From Antedon mediterranea (taxonomy: Eukaryota > Animalia > Echinodermata): 64,000 nucleotides of DNA. Made by a program: the position numbers and the translations under genes. Where the stretch lies: NCBI RefSeq assembly GCF_964355755.1, contig NC_092672.1:19729237-19793236 (forward strand), read 5' to 3'. This document shows, one piece after another, positions 17,512 to 31,594 of this stretch (position 1 is its first letter; every line of letters starts with the position of its first letter). The notes below the pieces were generated by a model, which had not been told where the DNA came from, did not search any database, and saw only the letters and a list, made by a program, of their open reading frames with translations.

Positions 17512-17998
17512 GTATACATCAATTTGTTTTCCTTTGTAATGAATTTGATATACAACGTTAAATTACTTGACACTAATTAAAATACATCAATATACTAATT
17601 TGTTTTTAAGATCTTTTATAATTGTTCTCTGGTTGCATATTTGCAGTTAACATTCACACTGATTGTTAAAAGCATCATTTTTTTTTAAATCATAATTGTT
17701 TCACTTCTTTCTTCTTCAGTTTTTAGTGTTAAAGTATATTGTGTGTTTATATTGTATCTTACCTGTATGTTAGATGGTTTGTCAATATAATTTAGTCTTT
17801 CAGTACAATTTGCTTAGACAATTTGATTGGCTAATACCGGATTTGAATAATGGCTTGGTAACCCAATCCCCTGTAATTGTAATTAATTTCAGAATCTGAG
17901 CGATGATATAATTATTCATCTGTTAATAATATAATAATAATGTGATAACTAAAAAAACTTTTATTAACATCATACTAGAGTAGTAGAAATATATACTT

Positions 17999-18322
17999 GA
18001 GTGAGCGGCCGAGCGGTTAAGACAGTGGAACCGTAATCACGTAGCCATAACACCGGCAGGGGTTCGAGGCTCACTCACTCCATGGTTCTGGTGGTAGAAC
18101 GAGTCTTCTCGGATAAGGACTATAAACCGTAGGTCCAGTGTACACAACTTGCTTGTGTGCACTTTAAAGAACCTAGTACATCTTTCGAGACGAGTAGGGG
18201 GTTACCCCGGTGTATTAGTACAGTACATCACAGCCACTGATCACCAACTGGGCCCTCTGGGAGATCAGTCTTTGACTGAAGAGGTCACCCAGTATAAAGA
18301 TAAAACAAACAAACAAACAAAC
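17999..18322 (+). mobile_element. tRNA-derived SINE with Nin/Deu-type central domain
   Basis: A-box-like gcggccgagcggttaag, B-box-like ggttcgaggc, core gataaggactataaaccgtaggtcc...ttaaagaacc...gagtagggggttaccccggtgt, and (AAAC)n tail; absent from the paralog near 44140. Confidence 0.85.
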
Positions 18323-19828
18323 TTTTCATTTATTAAACTTTATCACTGAAAGAAAAATACAAGGCACAAGACAGTGAAAACAAGTTATGAACAGGTGGCA
18401 AGCACTTCTATCCACATTGGACCCCTTGTACAAATAACAAAACATAAAAACACAAACATTTAAGATATAAAAATAGCTGAAATTATACTATTTTCAGTTT
18501 GATATATAAAGCGCAACATTTAAGACCTGGCCACAACAAGCATAATGTAGGTACACATCTAATTGGTGACAGTGTCTTTATAGGCTGCTTTTGTGCTTTC
18601 CTGGTAGCTAGTGACTATGATTTTATATTTTCTTCTTGCATTGTGTTTGTTTAATTTGTTGATTTGTATTATATTTTGTAAAATGTATCTTTTGCTTGAA
18701 TAAATAATAATAAATAATATAATACCTACAATGAGAACAGGTAATACCCATGTGCATGTAATGTCTGGGTCAAAGTTATTTAACAATTTTTCTCTTGTAA
18801 AGTTTACATATAGTTTAATGAATTGTGGAATATTATTCGATCTGATACAAAACGTTAGTAGATTCCAAATGGAAATAATCCTTTGAAAAATATGATTAAT
18901 TTAGGGGATTTAGCTTTACACTTCACAGACTTCTTATTTAATGTTACCATTTAAGTTATTGTAAATGTATGCTTCTTTTATTTCTTGATAAATATAAATA
19001 TTTCTAAATAAATGTTGAATGAAACTTATAAAGAGACATAAGAACAAACAGATGCAGTTCTGGTAACCCTGCAGCCTTCAGTAGAAAAGGTAAAATTATA
19101 CAAAATTATCAAGATGAATATCATAGATGGCCATAATTACACATGCTGTGCTTTGCACGCTTTTCTCCCTAAAATTAGCCACTGATTGTAACATGAAAAT
19201 AGGTATGATGGTTTATGTGAAATAGTACAACACACTCTATTATTCAGCTCTATACTAAATTGATTTTAAATATAATCTTTCAGATGATTAAGTCCTACAT
19301 TATCATTCATGGTTATATTAATAAATATTGCCTATTTTTCTCTCTCTCTCTTTTGAAAATAGATTACTTTTTTAAGGCAAGTAATTTAGCTCATCGGCTT
19401 TTGTATTTTTATTAATATGAAAGAACGAATTTCACACAGCAGTTTGAAACTATGGGCCCATACAAACAATTCAATTGTCCATTTATAAAATGTACCATAA
19501 CATTAACAAATTGACAAAACCTAACCACTAAAAACTTCCCACTCCCCCACCAGTTCCTGAGGCCGATTGTTCAAACTTTGTCACAAACCCCTTTTCCCCC
19601 TCCCTATTTTTCAAGGCTGGATCCGCCTCTGGGATTTATTAACAATTTAGTTGATATGATCATCCCAACATATTAAAGTCTGATGCTATTTTGACACCAA
19701 GATCAGTTAGTGTTCTCTCAAAGATACAACCATTCAACTGATACAAATATGTGATGAGATGTTTAGAATGTGATATAGAAATAATTTGAAAATTAATTTC
19801 CCATGTTACTCCATTGAATAAGAACATC

Positions 19829-20358
19829 AGTTTCACATTCAGTTTTTATATTCCAATATAAACAAGTGTCATGAATATAAGCAAAAATGGAAGGATGACC
19901 AAAAAAGAGCAAAGCTTGTACAGTATTTGGCCACCTTAACAAAATAATTAATACATGATACAAACATAATTGAAGCACAGGACGAGACAATACTAGCTAA
20001 ACATGTTGACATATGAACTCAAAGATAGTGCGATAAAACCAAAAAAGCAAAAGAACAATGTAAATGTAAACATATTTGTAACTCATTGATAAGTTAAGAG
20101 CAAATTATTTTTATACAACTTTTTAAATACTTTGACAGATGATGAATTACGAATAGAAGCATCAATACTGTTCCATAAACTTGGACCATGTCCTCGGATA
20201 GTGTTTCTACCCATATCGGTAACAAAATTATAAGGACGATAAGTATCAAAGGACCTGATGCCATAATTATGAACTGAGTTCACTTTAACAAAATAATTAG
20301 AAAAGTTAGCTGGTAATAAATTATTCTTAAATTTGTACATGAAAACACCTTTTGATAA
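19829..20358 (-). mobile_element. 5'-truncated LINE 3' end (CR1/L2/Crack-like)
   Basis: ORF 20083-20385 has FMYK..NNLLP..F..YF..V...HNY..R and GPSLWNSI...IR.S.S...FKK; insertion relative to the paralog at 45127. Confidence 0.8.
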
Positions 20359-21997
20359 ATGTCCATCAATGTCCATCTGAGGCAAATGACAGTCATCAAT
20401 GTTAATGATTGACTTGTAACATTTTCCCTATTTAAAATATACGTCATGAACCAATCATGCAAATTAATATAGATATTGACACAAACTACTTGTGGTAGTT
20501 ACCAACATGTTGGTGCACTACCCACTGCTTCTTGAGGCTGAAATCAAACCCTATCAGCTCAAGCATGTCATGAGTGGTGGTCAGCGCCAAACCCACGCAT
20601 TTCATAATAAGGTCGGAAAAATGCATTTCGTAGACAACCCTACGATGTTTTTTGTGAGGTAACAAGGTGTGCAAAATTAATGAGTCAAATTTGACTGACG
20701 GAGGACCAAGTTGTAAATTACTCGGAAGCATTTATTAATAAATATTATTAATCGTTTAAATGTTTTTTTATCTACTCGACTGATGGCGAATATATAAATA
20801 AATTGAAATTTCCCACGGTAGAGGCATGATGGCACCACTCGGTGAACCACAATGAACTAGTAGTAGTAAATAGGCTTAGGCAAACTTCTAAAAATAAAAC
20901 GTCCAGTCGAACCAGAAACGATGCCGACAACAAAAGATCGTTAACATTCTAAATATAGTTATCGGAACGTCGATCGCGCACAGACCTAGAATTTTTTTTT
21001 CTTCATATTATTGAAAAACGCGACGAAGATTTTGTGTCTCATGACATCAAACGCGATACTCTCTCTCCAAATTAACAGTACCACCTATACGTAGCACATG
21101 TTTTCTTCACTCAAAATTAATTATGGTCGGGGTTAGCTACAGAATACTAGGGTCATTTTCTTTACACAGTGACATGTCGTAATAATTGGGCCTACTAGCC
21201 TATGTTAAATCTTAACATGGAATATATTGATTTTGCATATATTTGTTTATGTTTACGTCGGCGTATTTATAATTTGCTAAGCCAAGGTAGGAGTAAATAA
21301 TTTAGCGTTAGCCTAGGCCGCCGAAACTAGACTCCACTCCGATGTCTATTCGGTGCACGATGTCGTCTCGTACGGCTAAATTAGGCTAACCACTAACATG
21401 TGTCGTCTCCTACTAGGCCTAGCCTAGGTAGGATTTTTAGGCGGCGATTTTAATTAAATTAGTGAACAGTACATTGTTAATTTCCATTGTCCATGCGTTT
21501 TCAAAAAAGGCGATGACAATTTAGGCGCTTAGCACTTTTTTTGTGCACTTCGTGACAAAAGCACCAAACTTGGCAGAAACCTTCTTTAGGACCTAACTAA
21601 CAATTCTAGAAGGGTGCCCAAAAATTTGAACAATTTAATGACGTCATAATGTATTATGTAAAAATATCTAAAAAATATAAATTACATAAATATGTCAAGT
21701 TTGTTATCAAATCATAGCTTATGACATGTGAAATACTTCTAGCATGAGAAAAATATAATTTCACAATATAATGACGTTATCAAGCCACACCCATTATATA
21801 TTACATAACTTCGTGGGAAAGTTTAAGAAATCAAATTAATATGGCATGTTTGGTATTAAATTAAAGCTGACATGTACAAAACCACGGAACTATATAAAAT
21901 ATAATTTGAACAATATAATGATGCCATTACTAAAGCCACACCCATTATATAATATTACATAACTTTCAAAATTTTGAACTACTGTAGATCATTATAA

Positions 21998-22128
21998 AGC
22001 TCTGTCTACCACTATCAAACTTTATGTGAGAAATAAATGTGATGTGCACATATATGGCGATGATGATATTTGGACATAGAGCACACTTTTTTTTGTCAAA
22101 CTTATGTAGTGATAGTGTAGACATAGCT
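21998..22128. mobile_element. PIF/Harbinger-like MITE
   Basis: TIR agctctgtctac(c)actatca / tgatagtgtagacatagct with TAA on both sides; paralogous copy at 45612-45723. Confidence 0.7.
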
Positions 22129-22596
22129 TAAGATTGAGCAACATGACAGAAAGATAAACCGCAACAGGCACAGAACATGATTTTTAAACCGCCCGGTGAT
22201 ATGCTGAAATTTGATAAATTAATTTGAAACAATAAAGATGAGGAAACATAAGAATATTTAAATTACAAATAAATTGATTGATTTGTCCTTATGACACTCA
22301 AATCTTAAAATATTACATTAACATTAATCCTCTAAACATTTTAAAAATTCTATAAAAATGATATTTAATATAATGTTGTTTTACTCTTACTTTGTTCTAT
22401 ATTTATTATTTGTACTGCATGTTTGTGTCTCTGTTGTGTTTGAAATTTAGTTTTGAAATAAATGAGAAACCCTTTCAGATTCTGAAATATTTAAAGTTAT
22501 TAAATCAGTAGGCACATTGTAAATAAACTATAGAAATTGATACCAAGAACTATGTTTATCCTCTTTCTTTAAGAGATTCAAGAGGGATTTTGTGGA

Positions 22597-22945
22597 TTTT
22601 ATTTATTTATTTTTATTTTATGTCTTTAGGCAATGTGGCCAAGGATTACCAATAGTGAATTAATCACTGTCCTATCAGATAGGTGGTAATCCCCCTGATA
22701 CAGGGGCTATTGTGTGAACCAGTTCACCGGGGTAACTCCCTACTCTTTTTCGAATAATGAACTGGGTTCTTTAAAGTACACACAGGTTATAACTGTGTAC
22801 ACTGGACCTACGGTTTATAGTCCTTATCCGAGAAGACTTGTTCCACCACCAGAACTAGGAGCGAGTCGGCCTCGAACCCTTGCCGATGTTGTTGTTGGCT
22901 CTTTAGGTACGGTAAACGGCGTCCCTGCCTTAACCGCTCGGCCAT
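22597..22945 (-). mobile_element. Nin/Deu-domain tRNA SINE, second subfamily
   Basis: Same head and core as 17999-18322 on the minus strand, but an unrelated 3' tail ending in (TAAA)n. Confidence 0.8.
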
Positions 22946-24214
22946 ATGATATGGATTCATTTATTTCAAGATGGATGTTCTCAATAATCAACCTTATGGT
23001 ATAATTTTATAAATGTTTTAGCACTGTGAGTGTGAGAGTGATAATAAACAAACCTAGTTCACAAAAAAAAATGTGTATAACTATAATAATCTTATTTAAT
23101 TTTGAATGAAATAGATTAGGGTTATGACTGGTAGATGGTATACATTACAATTCATAATAATTGTGATAATATAATTAAGACACACTAGTATCACTATATG
23201 CACTAATACATAGTAAACTGGTTCAACAAATTAAACTTGTATAAATGATGGCAAATAATCACAATAAACTAAGCTTAAAAAATGATTGCTCATTTAACTG
23301 GCACATAATTAGTATGTTATGTTCAGGCCTAATTTGTCTTAATTTATGATGATAACATACTGTCTTATCATTTCATAGATTCTAAATGTATATCAAAGCA
23401 ATGCTGAAAATTAGTATATACAATGTTTGTTATAAAGACATTAAGTTTTAATTGATTAATTTTATTGATTTAAAAATTTTATTAGATTTATATTTTTTAC
23501 ACGACAAAATAATATGAAAGAAAATATATACTAAATAATTCTGAATAAAAGGAGAGGTTATGATTACATTGTCAACAATTGTGATGTACAAAATAGAAAT
23601 GCCTTACACACAAAACACAAACTAATACAGTAGGCCTAAATGATTATAAACAAGCTATTACAAGTTGGAGTGGTGTAATTGAATACACACACATAATGCC
23701 TACCACAAACACACACTAATAAACAGTAGGCCTAAATCATGGAGATATCTCCATGCCTAAATGATTATCAACAAGTATGCCTATTACAAGTTGGAGTGGT
23801 GCAATTGAATAGTGAAAACCTGTCTTATTAATAACAGCTACAACACAATTTGAAATTTAAAATAAATGTTATAGTTTTATACTATAATTACACTTAATAA
23901 TCCTATAAAGAAAATTGTTTAAAACATGTAGGATAGCTTTTCTTTACACAATAGTTTGCATTCAATCCAACTATTTCAAAATAAAATTTATCATAATAGA
24001 TGATATAGATAGTATAATAATAATAATACATTTTACAATGCTTGGTGGAAATAAAAATCATTTAAAGTTGATTGTTGTCAATATTGAAAAAAATATTAAC
24101 TTTTATTAAATTAAGGATATTTATAAGATTATTAGTCATTTTTTTTTTGTTAGATATTAAGGAATATGAGTTACATGTTTTGTAACCTTATTTATTATTT
24201 AATATTTTCAATAG

Positions 24215-24313
24215 GATGGCGATACAGCATTAATATGTGCTGCTCTAGAAGGTAATACAACCATCTGCCAACTGGTCTTAGATGGTGGAGCTGATGTCAA
24301 TATGCAGAATAAT
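24215..24313 (+). CDS. Ankyrin-repeat gene copy A, 99-bp ankyrin exon (DGDTALICAALEGNTTICQLVLDGGADVNMQNN)
   Basis: ttttcaatag| ... AAT|gtaagt; 33 codons, phase 0-0; G-x-TAL-x2-AA-x2-G and GADVN consensus. Confidence 0.9.
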
Positions 24314-24909
24314 GTAAGTCATACACACAGTTTATAACATTAATTTAAACCGTCAGTGAAATAAATCAATAAATTGAAACTATTGTTTTTAGAATTTAGA
24401 TGCTACCACCACTATAAGACTTTAGGAAAATCATATATAATATCTCTATGGGAAGATTAATTTAGTTGACAATACACTACTGTAGTATCCATGTTATTAT
24501 ACTATTGTAGTTATGTTATAATAATACCAATTCTCATAACAAACATATTTTAAATATATCTTGTACATTCTTAAAATGAATAGAATAACACAATACTGGT
24601 GTGTATATATAGGTCAATAAAGAAATGATGAATATTATAAGTTATAAACACATGCGTAATAACTTATTTTCTTCTTTTTTTACAAATTCTCATACTATTC
24701 TGTTTAAATTTGCAATCAAATTTTTTTATTAAGAACATGTATACTTCAAGTTACTTGTTTACACACTGTTATACCATAACATTAATATGTGTATTCAATA
24801 ATATACACATTTATTTTCCATAATTCATTGCCGAATGCTGCTTTAGAAATAAAGTGTGAAATGAATTTTACACCACAGTTTTTAAATATTTTTGCTATTG
24901 ATTATTAAT

Positions 24910-26106
24910 TCCCAGGGTGCTAATTTTAGTTGACTACATAAATCATCCTGTCTATTTATTCGTTTCTGTAAATGACAATGTATTGTAGTCCTGCGGTACG
25001 TACATTTGAAATCGCCAGTTTTGTTACGCTGAAATTACTGTGTATTCGAGAACCATCTGTGGGCACGATTCGCTCGCGTACCATCTAGTAAAGTAAATTA
25101 AAATTGCATTTTCTCGAACTACTTGTCCAAAAAACTTCATTTTTGTACAAGAGTCAAGAGTTATTATTTGTGATTTAAAAACATAATTAGATTTAAAGAC
25201 CCCTTCCCTGCAATTTTGGACGTTTTTTGGAAAATAATACATATATATCACTTTAAAAACATTAAACCATGTCATTCCTTGTCTTAAATGTACGTTTTAT
25301 GGTAAATTATGATAAAAAGTGAGAAACAATGCACTACCTAAGTAGCTCGCGGCGATCGACCTCTCGTGGACGGTCTCAGGCCTAGCCTAGCTAGGCTTAG
25401 TTTTGTAGGCCTAGCTGGTAAACATCGGTAACGTACGAACATCGTACGCTAGCTATATACCTAGCCTGACGTTGTATAGTTGCTGCATTAATTGTCTTTC
25501 TATTTTTGCCAGACTCCGTTGATACAAATTGGGGAACACCCGGTATTTTCGCTGAAAAGTTAGGAGTCTTCCATTTGTTTTGGCTTCACGATCGATCGAA
25601 AAGTGGGCGAATTACAGGTGAAAAACAAAAATATCAATCCGCGCGCAATGCATTTTGGGATTTATAGCGGGCCGCTATAATTATTAAAATCGATTTATTT
25701 TTCACATTTTTAACCGTTTAAAGACGAAAAAAGTTATCGCAATAGGACCATATAGTATTATTTTTACATTAAATATAGTTTGTGATCTTAAATTAGATCT
25801 AAAAAACGTAGGGAATGGGGCTTTAATATACAGGTTTTTTGATGCGAGTAGTTGAAAAGGCTTATTTCTTTTCAAATTCACCCGTGTGTTTTTCGCGTTG
25901 CTGTTCTATTGTTAGTCAACTGAAGCTATTGTTAATTGAAAGGCGGGTTACATAACCTTTACACCAAACTCGCATACACATGCTTGTAGTGAAATTAGCC
26001 TAAATCACACACAGCATTATAAGACACACACTTTCCGGTGACTAAATCTGATGTAGAAGAATTTTACAGCAGGCGGAGGTATGCACTCTCGGAGTGTCTT
26101 CCTAGT
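24910..26106 (+). mobile_element. Helitron/Helentron-like non-autonomous element remnant
   Basis: 3' end ggcggaggtatgcactctcggagtgtcttcCTAGtt (short hairpin then CTAG). Homology to the paralog resumes right after it (48831). 5' end uncertain. Confidence 0.55.
25197..25822. mobile_element. Kolobok-like non-autonomous element nested in the Helentron-like remnant
   Basis: TTAA on both sides; imperfect TIRs agaccccttccctgc / gtagggaatggggct. Confidence 0.6.
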
Positions 26107-27761
26107 TGTTTATGTGCATACTGTAGTAGGCTACATAATAAGCAGCTCTTAGCACGATCAATTGATTGTCTACAAGATTCCAATTGTACAACTCTGTCAA
26201 TAACCAATGCTAATTACATATAATTCAAGCAGGCAATAGATAACAGAATTGTTTCTATGAATTAAAATGCCCACATCAAATATCCAACACAAGTAACAGA
26301 TTTAATGTCTAAAGTATCATCTCTTTAAAGCCTTACCGAAGAGATTTTTAGTCATATTCACTGACAACATAGATGAAAAGGTATAGCATGTACTGTATAA
26401 TGAACACAATGATGATGAAAACAATTATGAAGTATCATATTAAGAAGATGTATACTGTCACACTTTGTAATAAACAATGCACTTTATAACAAGTTTGTAT
26501 CACTTCGGAATAACCTGTCACTTTGTAACTAATAATTTGTGTGAGAAGTGTGATAATTACAGGATATTACAACAATAGTGAAACAGTAAAACAGGATTAT
26601 ATACAAACAATGAGGACATTTTTAATTTAAATAAATGTTCAATACGATTTATAAAGTTTTATTGTGAGACAAATTTCATTATTATCATATAGCATTCCAT
26701 TATTCTGTACATTTTCATCAATTTTATCTCCAATAAAGTAATGTTTTTACTTATCTATAGTAGAAGGTATGTGATGTATGATATGTACGCCTATTTTTAA
26801 TAATAGGATTAGGAGGACCAAATCATCAATAGTTGCAAATTGTTAAAAAATGTTGAGTCTAATTTAATTTTTCATGTTCAATCACAGCTAATGCTATAAG
26901 ATCATAGAGGTAATCATTGTATTTAACTACTGTGGAGTAGCTTTGTGTCACTTATTACTGTTCTATTGATCAGATCACAGTACATAATATCTCTGATTAA
27001 AGTGAATTTATTTGTTTCATAATGATTCCTCTACATACTGATCTTAATAAAAATGTCATGATGACAATTAATTCATTAGATAAACACCCACACACATTAA
27101 AGTAAATCTGATAAATTGTTGTCTCATGTAAATTATTTTCAATTGTCAAATAGATCTAACGTCATTCTAACAGTTTTGTTTCATTTGCTTCTTTATTGTC
27201 AATTATTAATATTATTTTTTTTGGTGCATATTATATACAGTACATACATAAATCATTTATATTGGACCTTATCAAAAATATTTCAAAGCATATCACAGAT
27301 AACTAAAACTAAATAGTTAAAAAAAAGAATGTCAAATATTTTGTATGCTATTTTTTACCCAAAATAGTTTTGCTTTATTTATTTTCTTTGGCCTTATATT
27401 TATTTTGACCAATATTCTATCTATGCATATAGAACAAACAAAATGCCAAAGTAACAAGCTATTTTTTTATTAACCGCATAATGTATATTTTCAAATGTAA
27501 AACAAATCGGAATAGCTCACACAAAACAACAAATTGTACATGCTTTATAAAACAATATTTAAAAATGTGTTGTTTAGAAAATTAACTGAAGACATTGTTG
27601 TGGGAAAATAGGACAAGTAGATCAAAATGCAAGATAAACATTTATTATTCAATAAGGATGTTGTATAAAACTATAAGATATTTAATCATTTTATTTTATT
27701 ACGTATTAACATGTTGTACTGTATGTTTTGTAATATTGTTAATGTTTAATATATTCAATAG

Positions 27762-27854
27762 AATGGTCATACACCATTACATGTTGCTGCTCAAGTGGGC
27801 AGTACTGAAATCTGCAATCAGATATGCCTGCATGGAGCAAAATGTTCAAAATAA
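27762..27854 (+). pseudogene. Ankyrin-repeat gene copy A, damaged or terminal ankyrin exon (NGHTPLHVAAQVGSTEICNQICLHGAKCSK*)
   Basis: Acceptor attcaatag and canonical GHTPLHVAA..G; consensus is lost after HGA, TAA at 27852-27854, normal GTAAGT donor disrupted. Confidence 0.75.
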
Positions 27855-29748
27855 GTCATACATTCATTATTTTTCATTATATGTTAATCTGAAATTTCAC
27901 TCTTCATTTTACTTATAATCGAATAGTAATACATTCTTAAAATGTTTAAAAAAAAAAACAGAATTGATCAATAAATGTGTAATAATATGCCAAAATAGTA
28001 TGAATAATTTTATTCTGAAATAATTATGAACAACACTTGTTATTTGTATAAAATAAAATTCTCAAAATCATCTATTAAAACTTTTAATCAACTGTTTGTA
28101 TTAGCAAATGTACTTCACGTTTGTGCAGGCATGATCTTATATACACATAAAACACAATATTTTTGATGTGAGTAAAAGATTTCATCATTCAATGCTAAAA
28201 TGAGAACTTGAGTTGTACAACACAGTTTTTAAATGTTTGTTATTTTATTTCATTTCATTTATTCATTCGACCAATATTAAAACAGATACAGAACAGAAAA
28301 AAGCACATGGTCAGGGGCAAATAAAGCAAAACAATTACTATAACCGCCCTGGCTTTTAAACACGATGTAGCTCTCGTTCTGCAAAACCTAGCAACTAACG
28401 AAAAACAGTGACGTAAAGCTTGAAAATCCCCTTTTAGAAGGTGACATCTTTTGTGCCTTCTATTTGCATAAGCGATGTTTAGGTAGTAATACGCAGGGTG
28501 GTTTTGGGCAAAGAGCAATAGATATACTGTAAATTAAAACAACAAAATACAAAAAATATTGCACCAAGTAAAACATTTGTACAAGCTTATTAAAAAGTCT
28601 CTTGATGTTCAAAATTAGTATAAGGGACCTATACATAAATAAACAAAATTAAATAATTAAAAGATTAATAATCGGTTATTGAAAATTTAACTACTGTAAT
28701 TTAATAGAAGTTGCCTTAACATAGTAGCACAAATTAAATTGTAAATTTTGATTAAAATCTTTATTAACTCAAGATCCTGTATATAATTTAAAGGATAACG
28801 GAACAATAGACATAAATTGGCATTTCTCAACATTGGGACAATTAAGAATTGAGAATAGAGTTGTAGCTTGATGATAGCAATCTAAGGGTCCTGTGTTTCA
28901 TGTTTTTAAGAATAAAAACTTATTTCATTGTATCCTATAACTATTTTAAACATTGATGCTTTCAAGTAAATTTAAAACAATTAATGGATATTATAATTGA
29001 AGACTATCTAAGTTGTAATCCAGCAGATGCGGACATTCAGGCAACCCTTGTGAATCACAAACGTTAAAGAGTGAAAAAGTTCATTAAATGATGAAGCCTT
29101 GTCATAAAACAGTAGAATTGAAGCAATTTTATGATACATTACAGAAGGATAATCACTAGATTTATTTTTACATTTCATCTGACTCCAAAATCTTATTTCT
29201 ACAGTAGCCTTGTATGTTTAGCTAAAGAATATATTTACACTGACAGTACAGTATCTCAAGCTAACTTTAAATTATTTTTGTCATTTCTTAAAATATAAAA
29301 CAAAACAGAAGAGCACAAAACAGGTCAATGTCAAAATTAGGACGGGTTTCAAAATTAATTTATCTCCCTATTCTTCTCAGTGCAAATCAAATTCAATTCA
29401 ACTTTAGCGTCTAAATGAGAGGGGTATACATAGCTATGATATGCCTATAGTTTAAGTACGTTGTAAAGTGTGTAAATGAATAGGTGTCATATTAGTTGAT
29501 AATTAAAATATCCAATTTTGATACTGCGGTTCCCCACCCTTCTCCTCTCACCATCCCAGCCACAATCAACAAACCTTAACTCCTTCCCTGGACAGTTCAA
29601 AAGTAGTAACTTTCCCTATAGTACAATTTCAATCATATAGGCTACTTCATTCGGCCAGTATTTCCGCTCCTCCTCCCTCCCAACACACCCCAGATACTGG
29701 GTGATGTGCTTAAGACGGTTCCAGTACAAATTATGTTAGCCATCATTC

Positions 29749-29950
29749 AATTGAATTGAAATATATATTTATACTGGGTAACCTCTTCAGTCAAAGACTG
29801 GTCTCCCAGAGGGCCCAGTTGGTGATCAGTGGCTGTGATGTACTAATACACCGGGGTAACCCCCTACTCGTCTCGAAAGATGTATTAGGTTCTTTAAAGT
29901 GCACACGAGCTAGATGTGTACACTGGACCTACGGTTTATAGTCCTTATCC
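29749..29950 (-). mobile_element. 5'-truncated copy of the Nin/Deu SINE at 17999
   Basis: Reverse complement matches 18111-18297 closely. Confidence 0.85.
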
Positions 29951-30033
29951 CATAATCCCTCAGTGGCAGTTTTCAAATGTAGTTTAAAACATTCCCAGTA
30001 CAGTTTCGGTCATGATGATAGGCCTACATCCCC

Positions 30034-31119
30034 GGGTGTCACGAAAGCTCAGACCACGAAAGCTCAGACCCCCTAAGACCTAAGATCACGAAAGCTAAGA
30101 CCCAACACCTAAGATTACAAATACTAATATATACTACAGCTTAAAAACAATACTTGTTTATCCATACATAATTTTAAACACAGTAGGTTTCATTTATTAC
30201 CATAAATATAATTTAATACTACCGCAAAACATAGATAAACTCACATTATTTTCGCCCGTTGAGTAAATGTATATTTTTTCTTTACAACAAACAAACTTGA
30301 CGGGTTGTTTGTTGGTATATATTTACTCCATTGTGTTGCTTCAGAGGATGTTTTTCTTACGCACCTGCCTTTCTTGTATTTTGACTCCAAATTTGTTGAC
30401 TAACTTTATCCTGAACACCACACTTTAAAATTAGGACTTATAAGTACTTTCAGAAGGAGAAACACATAATAACAAATAAATAAATCCTTCAAATTGATGA
30501 TTTAACAGATGTGTTTCTTTGTATACTGTAATGACAATGTAACTCCTCGAGCTCCCCATGCTCAATGTTTTTGTTTCTATGGAGCGCCAAAAGAGCAACA
30601 ATAATAGTACAAGTATAAAAACAGAAAGAAAACGAAACAAAAAAACTTATCATGATTTTTAAATTAAAATTTATTTGCCAGTATTTATTTCTTCGTACTT
30701 GCATGATTATACTATTATCATTACAATTTTAATTTTACATTGTTCCATCCACACTGTAGATGGACTCCACAGAGTTTTCAGCCCTCTATATAATTTTTGC
30801 TCTTTTGACGTTCCATAGAAACAAAAACATTGAACATGGCCCATGGAGTAGGCCTACTGTACTGTAGGCTAGTCATTTTGTGTGCGAGAAAAACGTCTGT
30901 AAAATCATCAATTTAAAAATGTATTTGTTACTTTTTATGTGATTCTTTTTCATGAAAGTGCCAATTCTAAGGTGTGGTATTCAGAATAAATGTTGGGAGT
31001 TAAAATACAAGGCAGGTGCGAAAGATAAATATTTGTAATCTTAGGTGTTGGGTCTTAGCTTTCGTGATCTTAGGTCTTAGGGGGTCTGAGCTTTCGTGGT
31101 CTGAGCTTTCGTGACACCC
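30034..31119. mobile_element. MULE-like non-autonomous element, copy 1
   Basis: About 90-bp TIRs gggtgtcacgaaagctcagacc...; 10-bp TSD ctacatcccc (30024-30033, 31120-31129). Confidence 0.9.
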
Positions 31120-31594
31120 CTACATCCCCATCCCAAACTCAGCCCCTTCCCAGGGAATAAATAAAATACTTTTTCCAACCACAATTCTGGTCAATTTGAT
31201 AGCCTACTACCCCTAGCCTAAGCAAAATCCCCACTATCCCTTGAACCCCAATTCCCAACCCCCTCCCCCTCTCCCACCAAATCCCCGGACTTTTTTTAAT
31301 GTAGTTTAAAACCTTCCCGGTACAATTGCGATCATTTTGATATCCCATATGTATGGTTACGTGCAGAAACAGAAATTTGTATAACGAACAAACATCGAAA
31401 GTGGGGAAAATTGGGCCATTTTGACCACATTTTGGCCCCTAACTTGGATCCTAGATGGCGGATGATGTTGAAATGTAGTTTAGAACCTTCCCGATACAAT
31501 TACGGTCATTTAAATCAATTAAATCAATTATAATCAAACCACTCACAATAATTATAAATCAAATGATAAACTGAAAATAGCCAGAGTTATACCT

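Noticed and set aside
17999-18082. tRNA gene
   Set aside because: Continues into a Nin/Deu core and simple-repeat tail, so it is a SINE head.
27595-27918. 107-aa ORF
   Set aside because: Wrong frame; the ankyrin exon within it is read in another frame from the acceptor at 27761.
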